Positions 35,153 to 47,713 of a stretch of 64,000 nt of DNA are shown piece by piece. A model generated the notes under the pieces. It worked only from the letters and a program-made list of their open reading frames with translations, was not told the origin of the DNA and made no database searches. This DNA comes from Mustelus asterias (lineage: Eukaryota), in the NCBI RefSeq assembly GCF_964213995.1, contig NC_135817.1, forward strand, positions 44,392,001 to 44,456,000, in the 5' to 3' direction. Position 1 is the stretch's first letter; the number at the start of each line of letters is the position of its first letter. Position numbers and translations under genes: made by a program.

Positions 35153-36679
35153 ACTTGCTAGAAATGAAGACATTTGAAAGTTTATTTACAGTGCCAGCAG
35201 CTAATTTAAGCTCGAGCATAGGTTTGCCATTTTCCTACCCTAAACCTAAAGATGTAAAGATGTTACAATGCATTTCACAATGGGAACATACCTGCACCTT
35301 GTTCTTTAGAATAGGAAAAGAGCACCTTTGGAGGGTGTAGTAGGGCAAACCTAGGGAATGTGGGCTGCAGCAGAAGAGAAATGTATGGAAAGGGATAAAC
35401 AGAGAGCACTGTAGCATCCATACTCACTGCAGGCAGACAGGACAAAATACAAATAACTACATCTCAGATGGCGCTAAAGCAGTAACACCCCAGGTGGGAT
35501 TGTTCCAAGGTTACAGCAACCATAAAAGAATTGATATCACTTATCAAGGCTCCAAAAAGTCGAGAGGAACCATTGTGCCTCTGAAAATCTCAAGTATCCG
35601 GGAGACGGGACAATTAACACCCCATCGAAATCGATTTGACAAACACAACACTTTGATATTGTAAGCAGGTAGACAGGAGATGCCCAGAAAATAAGTAAAG
35701 CTAAAGCACACAAGATAATGGAACCATATAATGTAATCAAAACAGAACTACAACCAATTCAAAATAACAACTTGATGACCTGATATAAATATAATGCTTG
35801 GTAATGTAAAGAAAGGAATATAAGAATCTGTAAGAACCAATGCTCAGTAGAGTAGCTCGGAAGCAAGCAGTAGTTACAGCCATGAGTTCTGCTCTCCCTT
35901 CTGCATGTTGAATAAAGCCATTTTTGTTGAAGTTCTACACAATCTTGGAAGACTCAATTCATTCATTCCCTCCTACAGGGAGAAAACTTATTGGTCTGTC
36001 ACTACCCATCAGTTTTACAGCCACAGTAGATAGCTAAGGTTCTCCTTCTTCCTTTCAGTCAGGAGTTACAATGATAGACACTGCTGTTAACAAACATAAG
36101 AAACCACAAAATAACCCACCATGCACCTCTTTTGCAGACTCTGCCATTAGTAAAGTTCACAACTACCTTGAATTGCAATAATGCAGGGGCAGATTATTCT
36201 AGGCTGCCGCTGGTAACATCAGTAAGAATGGTGCATTGGCACATTCAACAAGTCAGAGGTGCAAGCCAATTCTCTTCAAGTTTAGAGAAAGGCAGAATTC
36301 CTCATTGTCTAAGAAGTCAGAAACATCACTTCTGACGTATCCCAAATATTATGGGACATTGTTCCCTTTGGATGCTCTCTCCTCTCGTGTGTGATTTGAT
36401 TTATTATTGTCACATGTATTAGTATACAGTGAAAAGTATTGTTTCTTGCACACTATACAGACAAAGCATACCGTACATAGAGAAGGAGAGAGTGCAGAAA
36501 GTAGTGTTACAGTCGTAGCTAGGATTTAGAGAAAGATCAACTTAATGCGAGGTAGGTCCATTCAAAAGTCTGATGGTAGCAGGGTTGTGGTCCAGGAGAA
36601 GGACTACTCAGTGTCTGCCAGTGTGCTTGAGCTCTTCTGCAAACAGTGCACATTGGCAGGGACTAGAGTGTGCAGTGGA

Positions 36680-37220
36680 AACTTTCTCAGAAGGCTAAGG
36701 AAATTCGGCATGTCCACTACAATTCTCACCAATTTTTACAGATGCACCATAGAAAGCATCCTTTCTGGATGTATCACAGCTTGATATGACTCCTGCTCTG
36801 ACCAAGACCACAAGAAACTACAAAGGGTCATGAAGAAAGCTCAGTCCATCACGCCAACCAGCCTCCTGTCCATTGACTCCATCTATCCTTGCCGCTGCCT
36901 CAGGTAAGCAGCCAGTATAATCAAGGACCCCATGTACCCCAGACATACTCTCTTCTACCTTCTGCTGGGAAAAAGGTACAAAAGTCTAAGTTCACATACC
37001 AACTGACTCAAGAACAGCTTCTTCCCTGCTGGCATCAGACTTTTGAATGGCCCTATCATATATTAAGCTGATCCTTCTCTTCACCCTATTCATACCAGAG
37101 ACACTACATTCTGCACCCTCTCCTTTCCTTCTCTATGAATGGTATGTTTTGTCTGTAACAGCTCGCAAGAAACAATACTTTTCACTGTACCCAATACGTG
37201 AGACAATAATAAATCAATTC
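36680..37220 (+). mobile_element. Rex1/Babar-like LINE 3' fragment (an inverted tail copy lies at 36393-36583)
   Basis: FLRRLRKFGMSTTILTNFYRCTIESILSGCITA followed by the family 3' UTR. Confidence 0.75.
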
Positions 37221-37409
37221 AACGATTCTATGAATGATTTAGCCTGCCCAGTTCTGCATGATTGGGAAATTTATTGGTCGTGCCTCATACCAACAAAAAA
37301 GGGTGGAGGGAGGCCCCTTCTGTTTGATATGTGTTTTCTTTGGGCTGCCCAGTATTCCCCTTGATAGAATGCCGTGTTAGTGAGTGCAGCTCTGGGGAGA
37401 GGGGGGGAT

Positions 37410-37500
37410 ACACAGTAAGAAGTCTCACAACACCAGGTTAAAGTCCAACAGGTTTATTTGGTAGCAAAAGCCACTAGCTTTCGGAATAGGCTGTTCCTTC
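37410..37500 (-). mobile_element. PLE terminal fragment abutting the ARL13B promoter
   Basis: ACACAGTAAGAAGTCTCACAACACCAGG...CTAGCTTTCGGAA. Flanked by a 13-bp duplication GAGAGG(G/A)GGGGAT. Confidence 0.8.
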
Positions 37501-37514
37501 AGAGAGGAGGGGAT

Positions 37515-37960
37515 CCCAGTGTTGCAGCCAGCGCGCGCGGGCTCAAGCTGCCGATGACGTCACCGGGACGACGCTGGAACCTGGCAACCCGCTTAGCAAC
37601 AGGCGCCGGGGTAACGGGGAGGAGGCGGGGATACCCGGATAAACACAGCGAGTGGGAGCAGCGGCCATGGGTGGGAGGTAAGTGCCGTTTCTCCTCTGGC
37701 TAACCTCGGGGGCAGGGGTGGAGGGGCAAGGTCCTGGGCCTTGCCGTGTCGGGAGCGCTAAGTTACAGAGACAGATGGCGGCTTGGATTCGCGGCCCAGG
37801 CCCCGGGATAGGGCATCTTTCTTTGTGTCGATTGCCGGGCCTTTGTGTGTGCCCGGAGCAGCACCGAGCGGCTGGAGGGGACCCCCGGACTTTAGCAGCG
37901 GCCGCTTGTCAGCTTCAGGCCGGCCAGTGTGCCTGAGCTTTGCTGCAGCCAGTGGACACT
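37515..37960 (+). promoter_or_regulatory. CpG-island promoter of ARL13B with CRE, RFX/X-box-like half sites and a GC box
   Basis: The only CpG-rich non-TE stretch in the window. TGACGTCA at 37555-37562; CTGGCAAC at 37581-37588 and CTTAGCAAC at 37592-37600 (RFX half sites, typical of ciliary genes); GAGGCGGGG at about 37622-37630. Confidence 0.75.
37600..37677 (+). other. ARL13B: ARL13B upstream first exon (start approximate) containing an ATG at 37667
   Basis: Consensus donor GAG|gtaagt at 37677/37678 inside the CpG island. The exon holding the canonical ATG starts with an acceptor (47591), so it needs an upstream exon. Confidence 0.7.
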
Positions 37961-38184
37961 GGCCGGCAATGTTATGATTCAGTTTGCCCGGATATCTCAG
38001 CTGAATAATTCCTCTGCTTCACTGGGCAGCAAACACTAATCCAGGGTTTTCACTTGTGATGTTGGGCAAAGGACAAGGCATGCAATGCAACTTCTTTAAA
38101 TAGACAGCACTTGGATGAAAATCTCATTCTTTTGAGGGGAGGGGAGAGGATTTGAGAAATAAAAACATGTTATATATGTTATCT

Positions 38185-38620
38185 GGAGGGTATTAGCTGT
38201 GAGGAGAGGTTGGGGAAACTTGTTTTTTTTCACTGGAAGGACAGAGGTTGAGGGGCGACCTGATAGAAATCTACAAGATTATGAGGGGCATGGACAGAGT
38301 GGATAGTCAGAAGCTTTTCCCCAGGGTGGAAGAGTCAATTTCTAGGGGGCGCATGTTTAAGGTGCGAGGGGCAAGGTTGAAAGGAGATGTATGAGACAAG
38401 TTTTTTTACACAGAGGGTGGTGGGTGCCTGGAACTCGCTGCCGGGGGGAAGTCGTGGAAGCAGATACGATAGTGACTTTTAAAGGGGCATCTTGACAAAT
38501 ACGTGAATAGGATGGGAATAGAGGTCCCCGGAAGGGTAGGGGGTTTTAGTTCAGTCGGGCAGCATGGTCGGTGCAGGCTTGGAGGGCTGAAGGGCTTGTT
38601 CCTGTGCTGTAATTTACTTT
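38185..38620 (+). mobile_element. CR1-type LINE 3' end; similar fragments at about 915-1225(-), 9030-9980(+), 31955-32207(+), 47218-47488(-) and 59005-59500(+)
   Basis: RLRGDLIE.YKIMRGMDRVD, FFTQRVV.AWN.LP and a CR1 3' UTR. Confidence 0.8.
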
Positions 38621-40910
38621 GTCCTTTGTTATCATCACACTTTTCTGGTCCCCTTTTAACTGTCCTCATGGACAAAAGTTTTTTTTTGCATTAATTATAT
38701 CATTTCTAGAAGTGTATTTTCAGCAGCTTTCCACTTTTCCTGCTCCTTCTGACTTTTCTCCAATGATTTGTTCTAACATTGTATTTTCCAAACCAAGATT
38801 TGCCCAAAGTGAAGCTGGAGCTTCTATAGGATGTACAACAGCACTGAAACAGAACGTTTAATCCAACAAACCTGTGCTACTGTTTACATTTCACACTAGC
38901 GTCTTCCTGTTCGATCTACCTCTCATGTATCATCTCTGCCTTTCAGCATATTTATTTTCCATTTTCTATCATGTATTTGTCTTGCTTTCTTTTCTTTAAA
39001 ATATCCAAGCTAGTTGCTCAACCACTTCTTGTGGTAAAGAGTTCCATTCTCTTAGTAAAGCAATTTCTTTTGAAATCCCTCCTGGATTTGTTAATAACCA
39101 TCCTGTATTTATGGCTCCTAGTTTTGGATTCCTCCCACACCTGTAAGTCATCTCTTTTCTAAAGAAAAATCCAAACCGATTCAATCTCCCTTGGTCACTA
39201 ATCTTAGTTCTGGTACCATCCTTTTAATTGCTTTTTATACCTTCTCCAGCATTCTCTCATTTCTTTTTATTGTATGCCGATCAGAATTGTGCACTCTTCA
39301 CTCTTGAGTGCAGTCTGACCAGGAACCAAGTTTAACATAACTTCACTATTTTTGAATTCTATTGCTGACTTACTTGATATAAGTGCACTCTGGGCTGTTG
39401 TTGATTGAATATTTTTAATCTTTAAAAAAATATAGTTTTATTCTTTATTTCAAATCTTCTGAGAACTTTGAATCCTATCCAAGGTTCACTGCAATGGGAG
39501 AGTTCATTCTTTTGCCACAGTTTTGGCCAACTGGCGCCTCTGAAACTACATGTGGCTCCTTTGTGGCTGAAATCTGGCCCTTTGACTGCTATACATAGTT
39601 TTCTTCTGTTCTGGGGCTATGTTTAGTTCCCCTGCCCATGTACTCAATACTGATGTAAGAGGTGAAGAATAGGAAAGAATGCAGTTGGCAAAATATAATA
39701 GCTTCCTTCATGAAGTTTATCAGTGTACCCTATTTGGCATTTAATTGTAAGATATTAACAAATTTGCTGCATATTAATTGTGAAAAACACCTTCAGACAT
39801 CTCAAGAATGGATTAAGCTGCTATATATACACGTGTTCTCTTTTTACAAAAATTCTGTTGTGCTCACTAATATACTGTGGCTCCAGTTAAGCAATGCCTC
39901 AGTTTTAAAATTTGCTTTCTTATATTCGAATCTCTTCATGGTTTCACTCCCTTCTTATCTCTGTAATCTTCTGCAGTCCTATAATCCTACAGGGTATCTG
40001 TGTTATTTCAATTCTGATATCTTATGTATCTGCAAACTTAATCGTTGCACTATTAGCAACCGTGCCTTCAATTGCTGAGGCTCTCAACTCTGGCATTCTC
40101 TCCCTGAATCCTCTATTTCTTTAACACTTTCCTCTTTTAAGACTGTCATTAAAACCTATCACTCTGACCAAGCTTTTGGTTATCTGGCTCTCTAATATTT
40201 TGTGCCCTATTATGTGTCTTTTGGATGCGATGCTAAACAGAGCCACCGTCTCCTTCCTCAGGTGAATGAAAGAGATCCCATGGCAGTATATCAAAGAAGA
40301 GTAGGGGAGTCTCTCCTCGGTGTTCGATTGGATTATGTTGATTTAGGCTTTCATTCATTATGATAGGCTATCTGTTCATTATCACATTGTTTTCAGTGCC
40401 CAAGTTGGCTACAGTATTTCCTATGTTACAGTAGTGACTACGCTTCTAAAATGACTTCTTAGGCTGTAAAGCACTTTGGATGTCTTGAGGTCATGAAAGG
40501 TGATACATAAACTCGAGTCATCTTTTTTCTTTACATGGTTCAGAAACCAATTTTGTTTGATAACAATCCTGTGAAGCAACTTGGGATAGTTTACTATATT
40601 AATGAAGCTACTTAAAGGCAGTTTGTCATATGTGCCATAAGAACTGGTGCAGTCCTTCACTATTTTGATTTTGATTTGATTTATTATTGTCAAATGTATT
40701 AGTATACAGTGAAAAGTATTGCTTCTTGTGCACTATACCGATAAAGCATACCATACATAGAGAAGGAAAGGAGAGAGTGCAGAATATCATGTTACATCAT
40801 AGCTAGGGTGTAGAGAAAGATAGTTTAAAAGAGTTAGAATGAAGTTTTAGAAGTATAGAACGAGAGTAAAAAATAGAATTACAAAGTATGTTGGGCATTA
40901 TCACAATACA

Positions 40911-41183
40911 GTAAGAAGTCTCACAACACCAGGTTAAAGTCCAACAGGTTTATTTGGTAGCAAATACCATAAGCTTTTGGAGCGCTGCTCCTTTGTCAGA
41001 TGGAGTGGAAATGTGTGTGGAAATGTGGAAAGAGTGGAAATGTGCATTTCCACTCCATCTGACGAAGGAGCAGTGCTCCGAAAGCTTATGGTATTTGCTA
41101 CCAAATAAACCTGTTGGACTTTAACCTGGTGTTGTGAGACTTCTTACTGTGTTCACCCCAGTCCAACGCCGGCATCTCCACAT
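40911..41183. mobile_element. PLE fold-back insertion adjacent to the hAT element
   Basis: Inverted arms with a hammerhead motif. 15-bp duplication CATTATCACAATACA (40896-40910, 41184-41198). Confidence 0.87.
41055..41091 (+). ncRNA. Minimal hammerhead motif in a PLE fragment
   Basis: CCAT-CTGACGA-A-GGAGC-agt-GCTCC-GAAA-GCTT-ATGG. Confidence 0.72.
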
Positions 41184-41199
41184 CATTATCACAATACAC

Positions 41200-43448
41200 C
41201 AGTGGTTCCCAAAGGGTGTGACGCGCCACACTGGTGCGGCGAGAGAGGATGGCAAGTGTGGCGGGAAGATTCAAAGACAATCAAAGAAACATTCAAACAT
41301 GAATAGATATTTTTCCAAAGTGAGAGCAAGAGCACCAAGTGATGCTGATCACATTGTGATCCAGAATCATCGTTCGGACAGAGTGCTGAAGAAGAGTTGT
41401 TTAATTCTACACCAGTAGCAGGCCCAAGCAAACCTCCAAAAAAGAAAGTTTGTCGACAATATATGGATAGCTATCTGAGTCTCGGTTTCACATGGACTGG
41501 AGATGAAAACGTACCTCGGCCTATGTGTTTGATCTGTGGTGAGAAGCTTTCCAATTCCAATATGGTCCCAAGCAAGATGAAAAGACATCTGTTGTCAAAA
41601 CATGGAAATCTGGCAAACAAGGATGTTCAATATTTTAAAAGGCTTTTGGAACAGCAGAAATGCCAACAATCATATTTCGAAAAACGAATGACAGTCTCAG
41701 ATAAGATGCAGATTGTATCTTACCAAGTGGCTGAATTGATTGCTCAACAGACAAAACCTCATACAATAGCTGAAAAATTGATTCAGCCTGCCTGCAGCTT
41801 GATTGTGAAAACTTTGGTGATGATGCTGAGCGAGAAGTTATGGAAATTCCTTTGTCTGATAATACAATTCGCAGAAGAATAGTTGATATGTCAGTTAATA
41901 TTGAGAAGCGTGTTTCCGAAAGTATGAAGAATTCTAAATTTGCCATTCAAGTTGATGAATCGACCAACATTAGTGGAAAAGCACAGTTGCTTGCCTATAT
42001 CAGATTCATTCACAATGACGAAATAATCTCACAGTTTCTATTTTGCAAGGAACTTGAAAAACATACCAGAGGACAAGATATTTTCCAAACCTTGTCTGAG
42101 TATTTGGAAAAAGTTGAGATTTCATGGGATTCTTGTATTGGAATTTATACGGATGGAGTGCCATGTATGATAGGGAATGTGAGAGGCTTGGCGGCACTCA
42201 TCAAACAGAAAAATCCAGGTGTAATATCAACTCACTGTTTTTTACACAGAGAGGCATTAATCACCAAGACCCTTGTAGCTGATTTGAAGTTGGTTCTAGA
42301 TCAGACTGTGCGCATTGTGAACTTCATCAAAGCAAAATCACTAAAGGCGCGGTTATTTGCTCAACTCTGCAAAGACATGGAATCAAACCATCAATACCTA
42401 ATTCTGCACTCGGAGGTTCGCTGGATGTCCCGCGGAAAAGTTTTAAATCGGGTGTTGGAACTGAAGAACGAATTAAGAGAATTTTTGGAACAAGAAGGGA
42501 ACCCATTGTACCACCAACTGGATGACAGACTGGTGTGCAAAGCTGGCATATTTGCCCGATATCTTTTCCCGGTTGAATGTGCTCAATGCCAGTATGCAAG
42601 GCCACGATGACAATATCCTCACAACTACAGACAAACTAACTGCGTTCAAAAAAAAAGCTTTCAGCTCTGGCTCGGAAGAGTGATGCAACGTAACCTCAAT
42701 GTTCCCACTTTTAAAATGAGTAATGAATTGTACGGCCTCATACAGGAACATCTTGCAACACTGGTAGAAAAGATTGATCATTACTTCCCATCGTTGTCTA
42801 CAGAAAAATTCGACTGGGTTAGAGACCCCTTTGCGAATTCCAGCTGTTCAGGTCTGACATTGGATGAGGAGGAGGAAATGGCCTTCATTTCGAGTGATCG
42901 CACCTTGAAAATGAAACACGGGAGTATGCCATTGGACTCCTTTTGGATATACAATCAGAAACCGTATCCACGCATCTCTTCAAGAGCATTAACTATTCTT
43001 CTACAGTTCTCCACGACATATTGTGAACAGGGATTTTCAGCTCTGACAAATATCAAAGACCAGAAAAGAGAGAGGCTTCTTTGTGTTGATGAGGAGATGA
43101 GAGTTTGTTTGTCTCAAATTAGACCTAATATAAATAAGATTACCCGACAAAAACAAGCTCACACCTCTCATTGAGTTTGTATACTTACTTAAGGTTACAT
43201 ATGTAAGAGGCTCGTCTATAAGTATGTTTTGGGAATGAATCATGTTTTTATGTAGCTGCATTGTCTTATACTTTCTGGATGTCCCATGATCATGTTATAA
43301 AGTAGTTGTGTTCTATGTTATGAATCAAGCACTGCTAGGAGTTTTTTTTGTTTTTGAATGTATTTCTTATCAATAAAAAATTTGGTGTGGTGCAAGCAAA
43401 TTTTTATTCCAAAAGTGCGGCCCAGTGAAAAAAGTTTGGGAACCACGG
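41200..43448 (+). mobile_element. Full-length hAT DNA transposon, Buster/Charlie group
   Basis: TIRs CAGTGGTTCCCAAA (41200) and TTTGGGAACCACGG (43435-43448), 13/14 match. Perfect 8-bp TSD CAATACAC (41192-41199, 43449-43456) with central TA. Internal transposase. Confidence 0.95.
41299..43174 (+). pseudogene. Frameshifted hAT transposase (ZBED5/SCAND3/Buster-like)
   Basis: Split over at least four ORFs. BED finger CLIC...KRHLLSKH, basic PPKKK, catalytic motifs QVDEST, YTDG, HCFLHRE, EVRWMS and C-terminal TTYCEQGFS. Confidence 0.92.
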
Positions 43449-45016
43449 CAATACACCAATAATACCAAGGATCCTTACCTTGAAATTCACCCTGACATTT
43501 AATGAACTCAATTTTAGGACCCAGATTTATTAAATTTTGTGAAGGGAATGTGTAACTTTTGGTTGACAAATTATTGCCATTGTAACATATTGCTTTTAAG
43601 TTGATTCTATTGCCTGATGAAAGAGGTTAATAATGTGACTTTTTGATTCAATATCCATTTTATAGTTACAGAAATAAGCGTATTGCTTAAGTTTGAAATT
43701 AGGTTCTCTTTTAGATTGGAAAACATTTGGTGATCTAGATTGCAATCTAGAGATCAATGGTTCTGTTTTCCTTCAAACTTTGTTTCAGAATTTCTGTGTC
43801 TCTGTTGTCCACATTTGCAAAAGATATAATTTAAATGTAATTCTCAGGATGAGAGTTGTTCTTGAATTATGGAGACAGAAACATTCTTATGATAGAAACT
43901 GCCTGCCAGATATTTTTAGATTGAAAGGTATATAGCCTTATCTGATATATGTAGAGTAACGATGGAAAATCTTTGTTATTTTGCGTGGTGAGGAGTAAAT
44001 GAAGCCCAGTGTTCTTGGTCATGTGGATGCAAAAGATTCCATGACACTACATGAAGAAGCCGAGGGAGTTCTGACAAGTGTCCTCATCAATTTTCTTCTC
44101 TCAAGTACCCTCTGGAAAATCATATTATCTAATTGTTTTAGCTCAGTGTTATGCATAGAACTATAATTTTACAACCTAGCAGCTGCATTTGCCAATGTAA
44201 CAACAATAATGGCACTTTGAAAACAAGCCATTAATTATAAAGTTTTGGGACACCTTGAGGACTTAAAGTTCTATATATCCACACCTTGGCATCACATAGG
44301 ATTAGAAAATAAAGGGACATGGCATAAGGAAAAAATGAAGAATAGCTCAGAAGGAAGAATTAAACATGTTGAAACTTGAAGAAAGGGTGTGACATAAGCG
44401 TGTGCAACTGGCTGTGCTGAACTCAGCCCAACTCAAGGAACACTGAAGATTAACAATAAGTCAGATTACAAAATGCAATATAACAGAAATTGGATGCAGG
44501 GTCTCTCTCGAGGCAGCTAGTTATTTCCTTCTACCGTCGCTGGGACAAAATTGCCCTGCACATGACATCAAAGCAGCTTTAGACCAAGTGCGGCATCAAG
44601 GAGTCTGAACGAAACTTGAGTCAATGGAAATTGGGGAAATTCTCCACTGGTTGGAGTCAAAGGAAGCGCCAAGGGAAATGCTTGTGGTTTTTGGAGATCA
44701 ATCATCTCAGTTCCAGGACATCACTACAGGAGCTCCTTAGGGTAGTGCCCTCGGCCCAATCATCTTCAGCTGCTACATCGATGACCGTCCTTCCATCATG
44801 TGGTCAGAAGTGGGGACATTCGCTGGTTGCACAGTGTTCAGCACCATTCGCAACTCCTCATTCTGAAGCAGTCCCTGTCCAAATGAAGCAAGACCTGGAA
44901 AATATCCAGGTCTGGGCTGACAAGTGGCCAGCAATATTTGTGCCACATAAGTGCCAGACACTGACTACCTCCAATAAGAGAGAATTCAACCATTGCCTCT
45001 TGACATTCAATTACGA

Positions 45017-47035
45017 TGACCACATAATGGAATTTGGGATTGGGAGAAAACAGGCTAAAATAAGGAAATACTTTTATTGGCCAGGATTGCATAAAGAGTG
45101 GTTAAATTCTGGCATACAAGTTGGGTAGTGGGTAAGCCCTAATCATCAATTAAATCTGCACCCTTAATTCTGATACCAGCTTTTGGAAAACCATTTAACA
45201 GGGTCTTAATTGATTGTGTAGAACCCCCTACCTAAAACCAGAAATTGGAAGCAGTATCTTTTCAACAATTATGGATATTTCAGTAAGATTTCCTGAGGCA
45301 GTGCCTTTGGGGAAAATTGCAGCAAAAATGGTAGTGGAGAAGTTAGTTCGATTCTTTAAAGATATGAATTGTCTAAGGAAATATCAGATCAACATTCAAA
45401 TTTTATGTCTCAAGTAATCAAAGAAATAAAGAATAATTGGAATAAAACAACTCAAATCTTCAGTTTATCATCCACAATTGTAAGGAGCATTAGAAAGATG
45501 GCATCAAATTTTAAAGACCATAATTAAAGCTTATTGTCAGGAATGACCTAATGATTGGGATAAAAGAATTCAATTTTTACTGTTTGCTATCAGAGATGCC
45601 ATAAATAATCCACAGGAGTTGGTCCTTTGGTCCTCCAATAAGGATATGAGTTGAGAGGATCCCTTAAATTAATTAAAAATTTATAAACCCAAGTTCAGAG
45701 ACTATACTTTTGACCCATGTGTCAAATTTCCACAAAAGATTAATCAAAGCTTGTGAGTTGGCTAAAGAACATTTGAAATCACTCAATAAACAATGAAAGT
45801 TAGAGCAGATAGAAATGCCAACCAAAGCTTGAGGTTTTGTTGCTAGAGACAAGGTGTTGGAGTTGCTACCTGTTTCTGGTGAGCCATTACAAGCGAGGTT
45901 CACCAGACCATACCAAATCAAAAGAAACTCGGTGATATAAATTATATAGTGAGTACTCCAGACGGAAGGAAATGTCAGTAAGCATGTCAAGTTAATAGGG
46001 TAACGTGATATTATGACAGGAAAGGTAGTCAGGAGAGGAGCGTGTCTGTTGTGGTAAAAGGTGCAGAGAGTGAGATAAAAACATGGAGAGTGATTTGAAA
46101 ATGAATCGGAAGTCGAAAATTCAGCAGTTGACCACCCAGTAATCCAGGATTGGAAAACACAGAAGTGCTTAAAAATTTAAGGTGTAATATGGTATCTTCC
46201 AGAAAACTGTTGAGGTGACTTACAAAAGCTGTTACAAATTGATTTCTGTGAATAGGCTAGGGAAAATGCCTCTGGCCATACATGATAACTTAGGAGATGC
46301 ATCTCCATAACGCAAGATCCTTACAGACTCGATCCATAGAAATTAGCCCAAGTGAGGGAAGGGATCAAGTTCATGTTGGAAAATGACATTATTGAACCCT
46401 GAGTCATAGTAGCTGGAGTTCACCTATTGTAATGGTACCAAAACCAGATGAGTCTTAATAAGTTAATTGCATAACAAAGGAAGATTCATATCTGATTCCA
46501 CAATGAAAAGACTATTGAAAAGATTGGACAAGCAAGATTTGTTACGAAATTTGATTTATTTTGGGGATATTGGCAATAAATATTAGCTTTTGTAACCCTG
46601 GATGGAGGCGGGATCAGGGATTGAATTTGTTGATCAGCCATGATCATAATGAATGGCGGAGCAGGCTTGAAGGGCCTAATGGCCTATATCTGCTTCTATT
46701 TTCTATGTATGTTTGTATGTATGTATGAAAGTGACTTATTGGGCCACTTTGTGGGGCAAGGCCAAGTAGCACCGAGAGAAGCAAAAATAAGGGCAATCTT
46801 GGATTTCCCAGTGTCTAAGACAAAACAAGACATTTTCTGGTATCCAGGCATGGGTGAAATCTGTTGGAAGTTTCTTCTGAATTTCAGCACTGCAGTGGTC
46901 CCCTCCAAGCTTATTAAAGAAAGGCAAGCAATTTGAGTGGCCAAAGGAGTGTCAAAGTGCCTTTGACAGCTTGAAAGCTGTACTGATTACCGCATCAGTT
47001 TTAGCAGCACTGAATCATGCTAAGCCATTTAATGT
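45017..47035 (+). mobile_element. Degraded Ty3/gypsy pol with integrase before RT (Gmr1-like)
   Basis: Integrase motifs (KYFYWPGL, PFNRVLIDCV, RFPEAVPL, YHPQ..GALERWHQ, PLQARF..PY) at 45.0-45.95 kb. Then RT (MLENDIIEP, WSSPIVMVPKPD, FVTKFDL..GYWQ, LGHFVGQG) and RNase H linker (ECQSAFDSLKAVL). Many stops and frameshifts; a CR1 tail is inserted at about 46606-46725. Confidence 0.82.
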
Positions 47036-47654
47036 CCGATATTAACATCAGCTGAAATCATAACAGTGAGTAATAATGAATGTATGTAAATGAAGTAATA
47101 ATTTGTCTAAATATGTTATTTGTATTTGTTTAGAATTTAAAAGTTACCAAAATCAATGTTTTTCTGCATGAAATAAATTTACTATGAACTGAGGTTTTAG
47201 ATTTTATAACTCGTTATACATAGAACATAGAACATTACAGCGCAGTACAGGCCCTTTGGCCCTCGACATTGCGCCAACCAGTGAAATCAATCTAAAGCCC
47301 ATCGAACCCACACTATTCCAATATCATCCATATGTTTATCCAATGACCATTTAAATGTCCTTAATGTTGGCGAGTGCACTACTGCTGCAGGCAGGGCATT
47401 CCACGCCCTTACTACTCTCTGAGTGAAGAACCTACCTCTGACATCTGTCCTATATCGAGCACCCCTCAATTTAAAGCTATGTCCCCTACAGAGGATCCTA
47501 ATTCTTCAGTTAGATCATTTCAAATTCAAACTTTATTTTGAAAGTACATTTGTAAACTCTGGCTGATGTTTTTTCTTCATCTCGTTGCAGGTGTTTGTTT
47601 CTCGGTTGTTGGCATATTTGCTGAAATCTGATCCTCACAGAATCCTGAGAAGGG

Positions 47655-47713
47655 ATGTTCAGTCTGATGGCTAACTGCTGCACCTGGTTAAAACGTTGGC
47701 GAGAACCTGTCAG
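47655..47713 (+). CDS. ARL13B: ARL13B first canonical coding exon (exon spans 47591-47713)
   Basis: [20 protein letters not shown], nearly identical to the vertebrate ARL13B N-terminus including the palmitoylated CC. 59 coding nt, donor AG|gtatc, acceptor ctcgttgcAG at 47590. Confidence 0.96.

Noticed and set aside
41299-43174. Domesticated ZBED5/SCAND3-like host gene
   Set aside because: Multiple frameshifts plus intact TIRs and TSD indicate a transposon copy.
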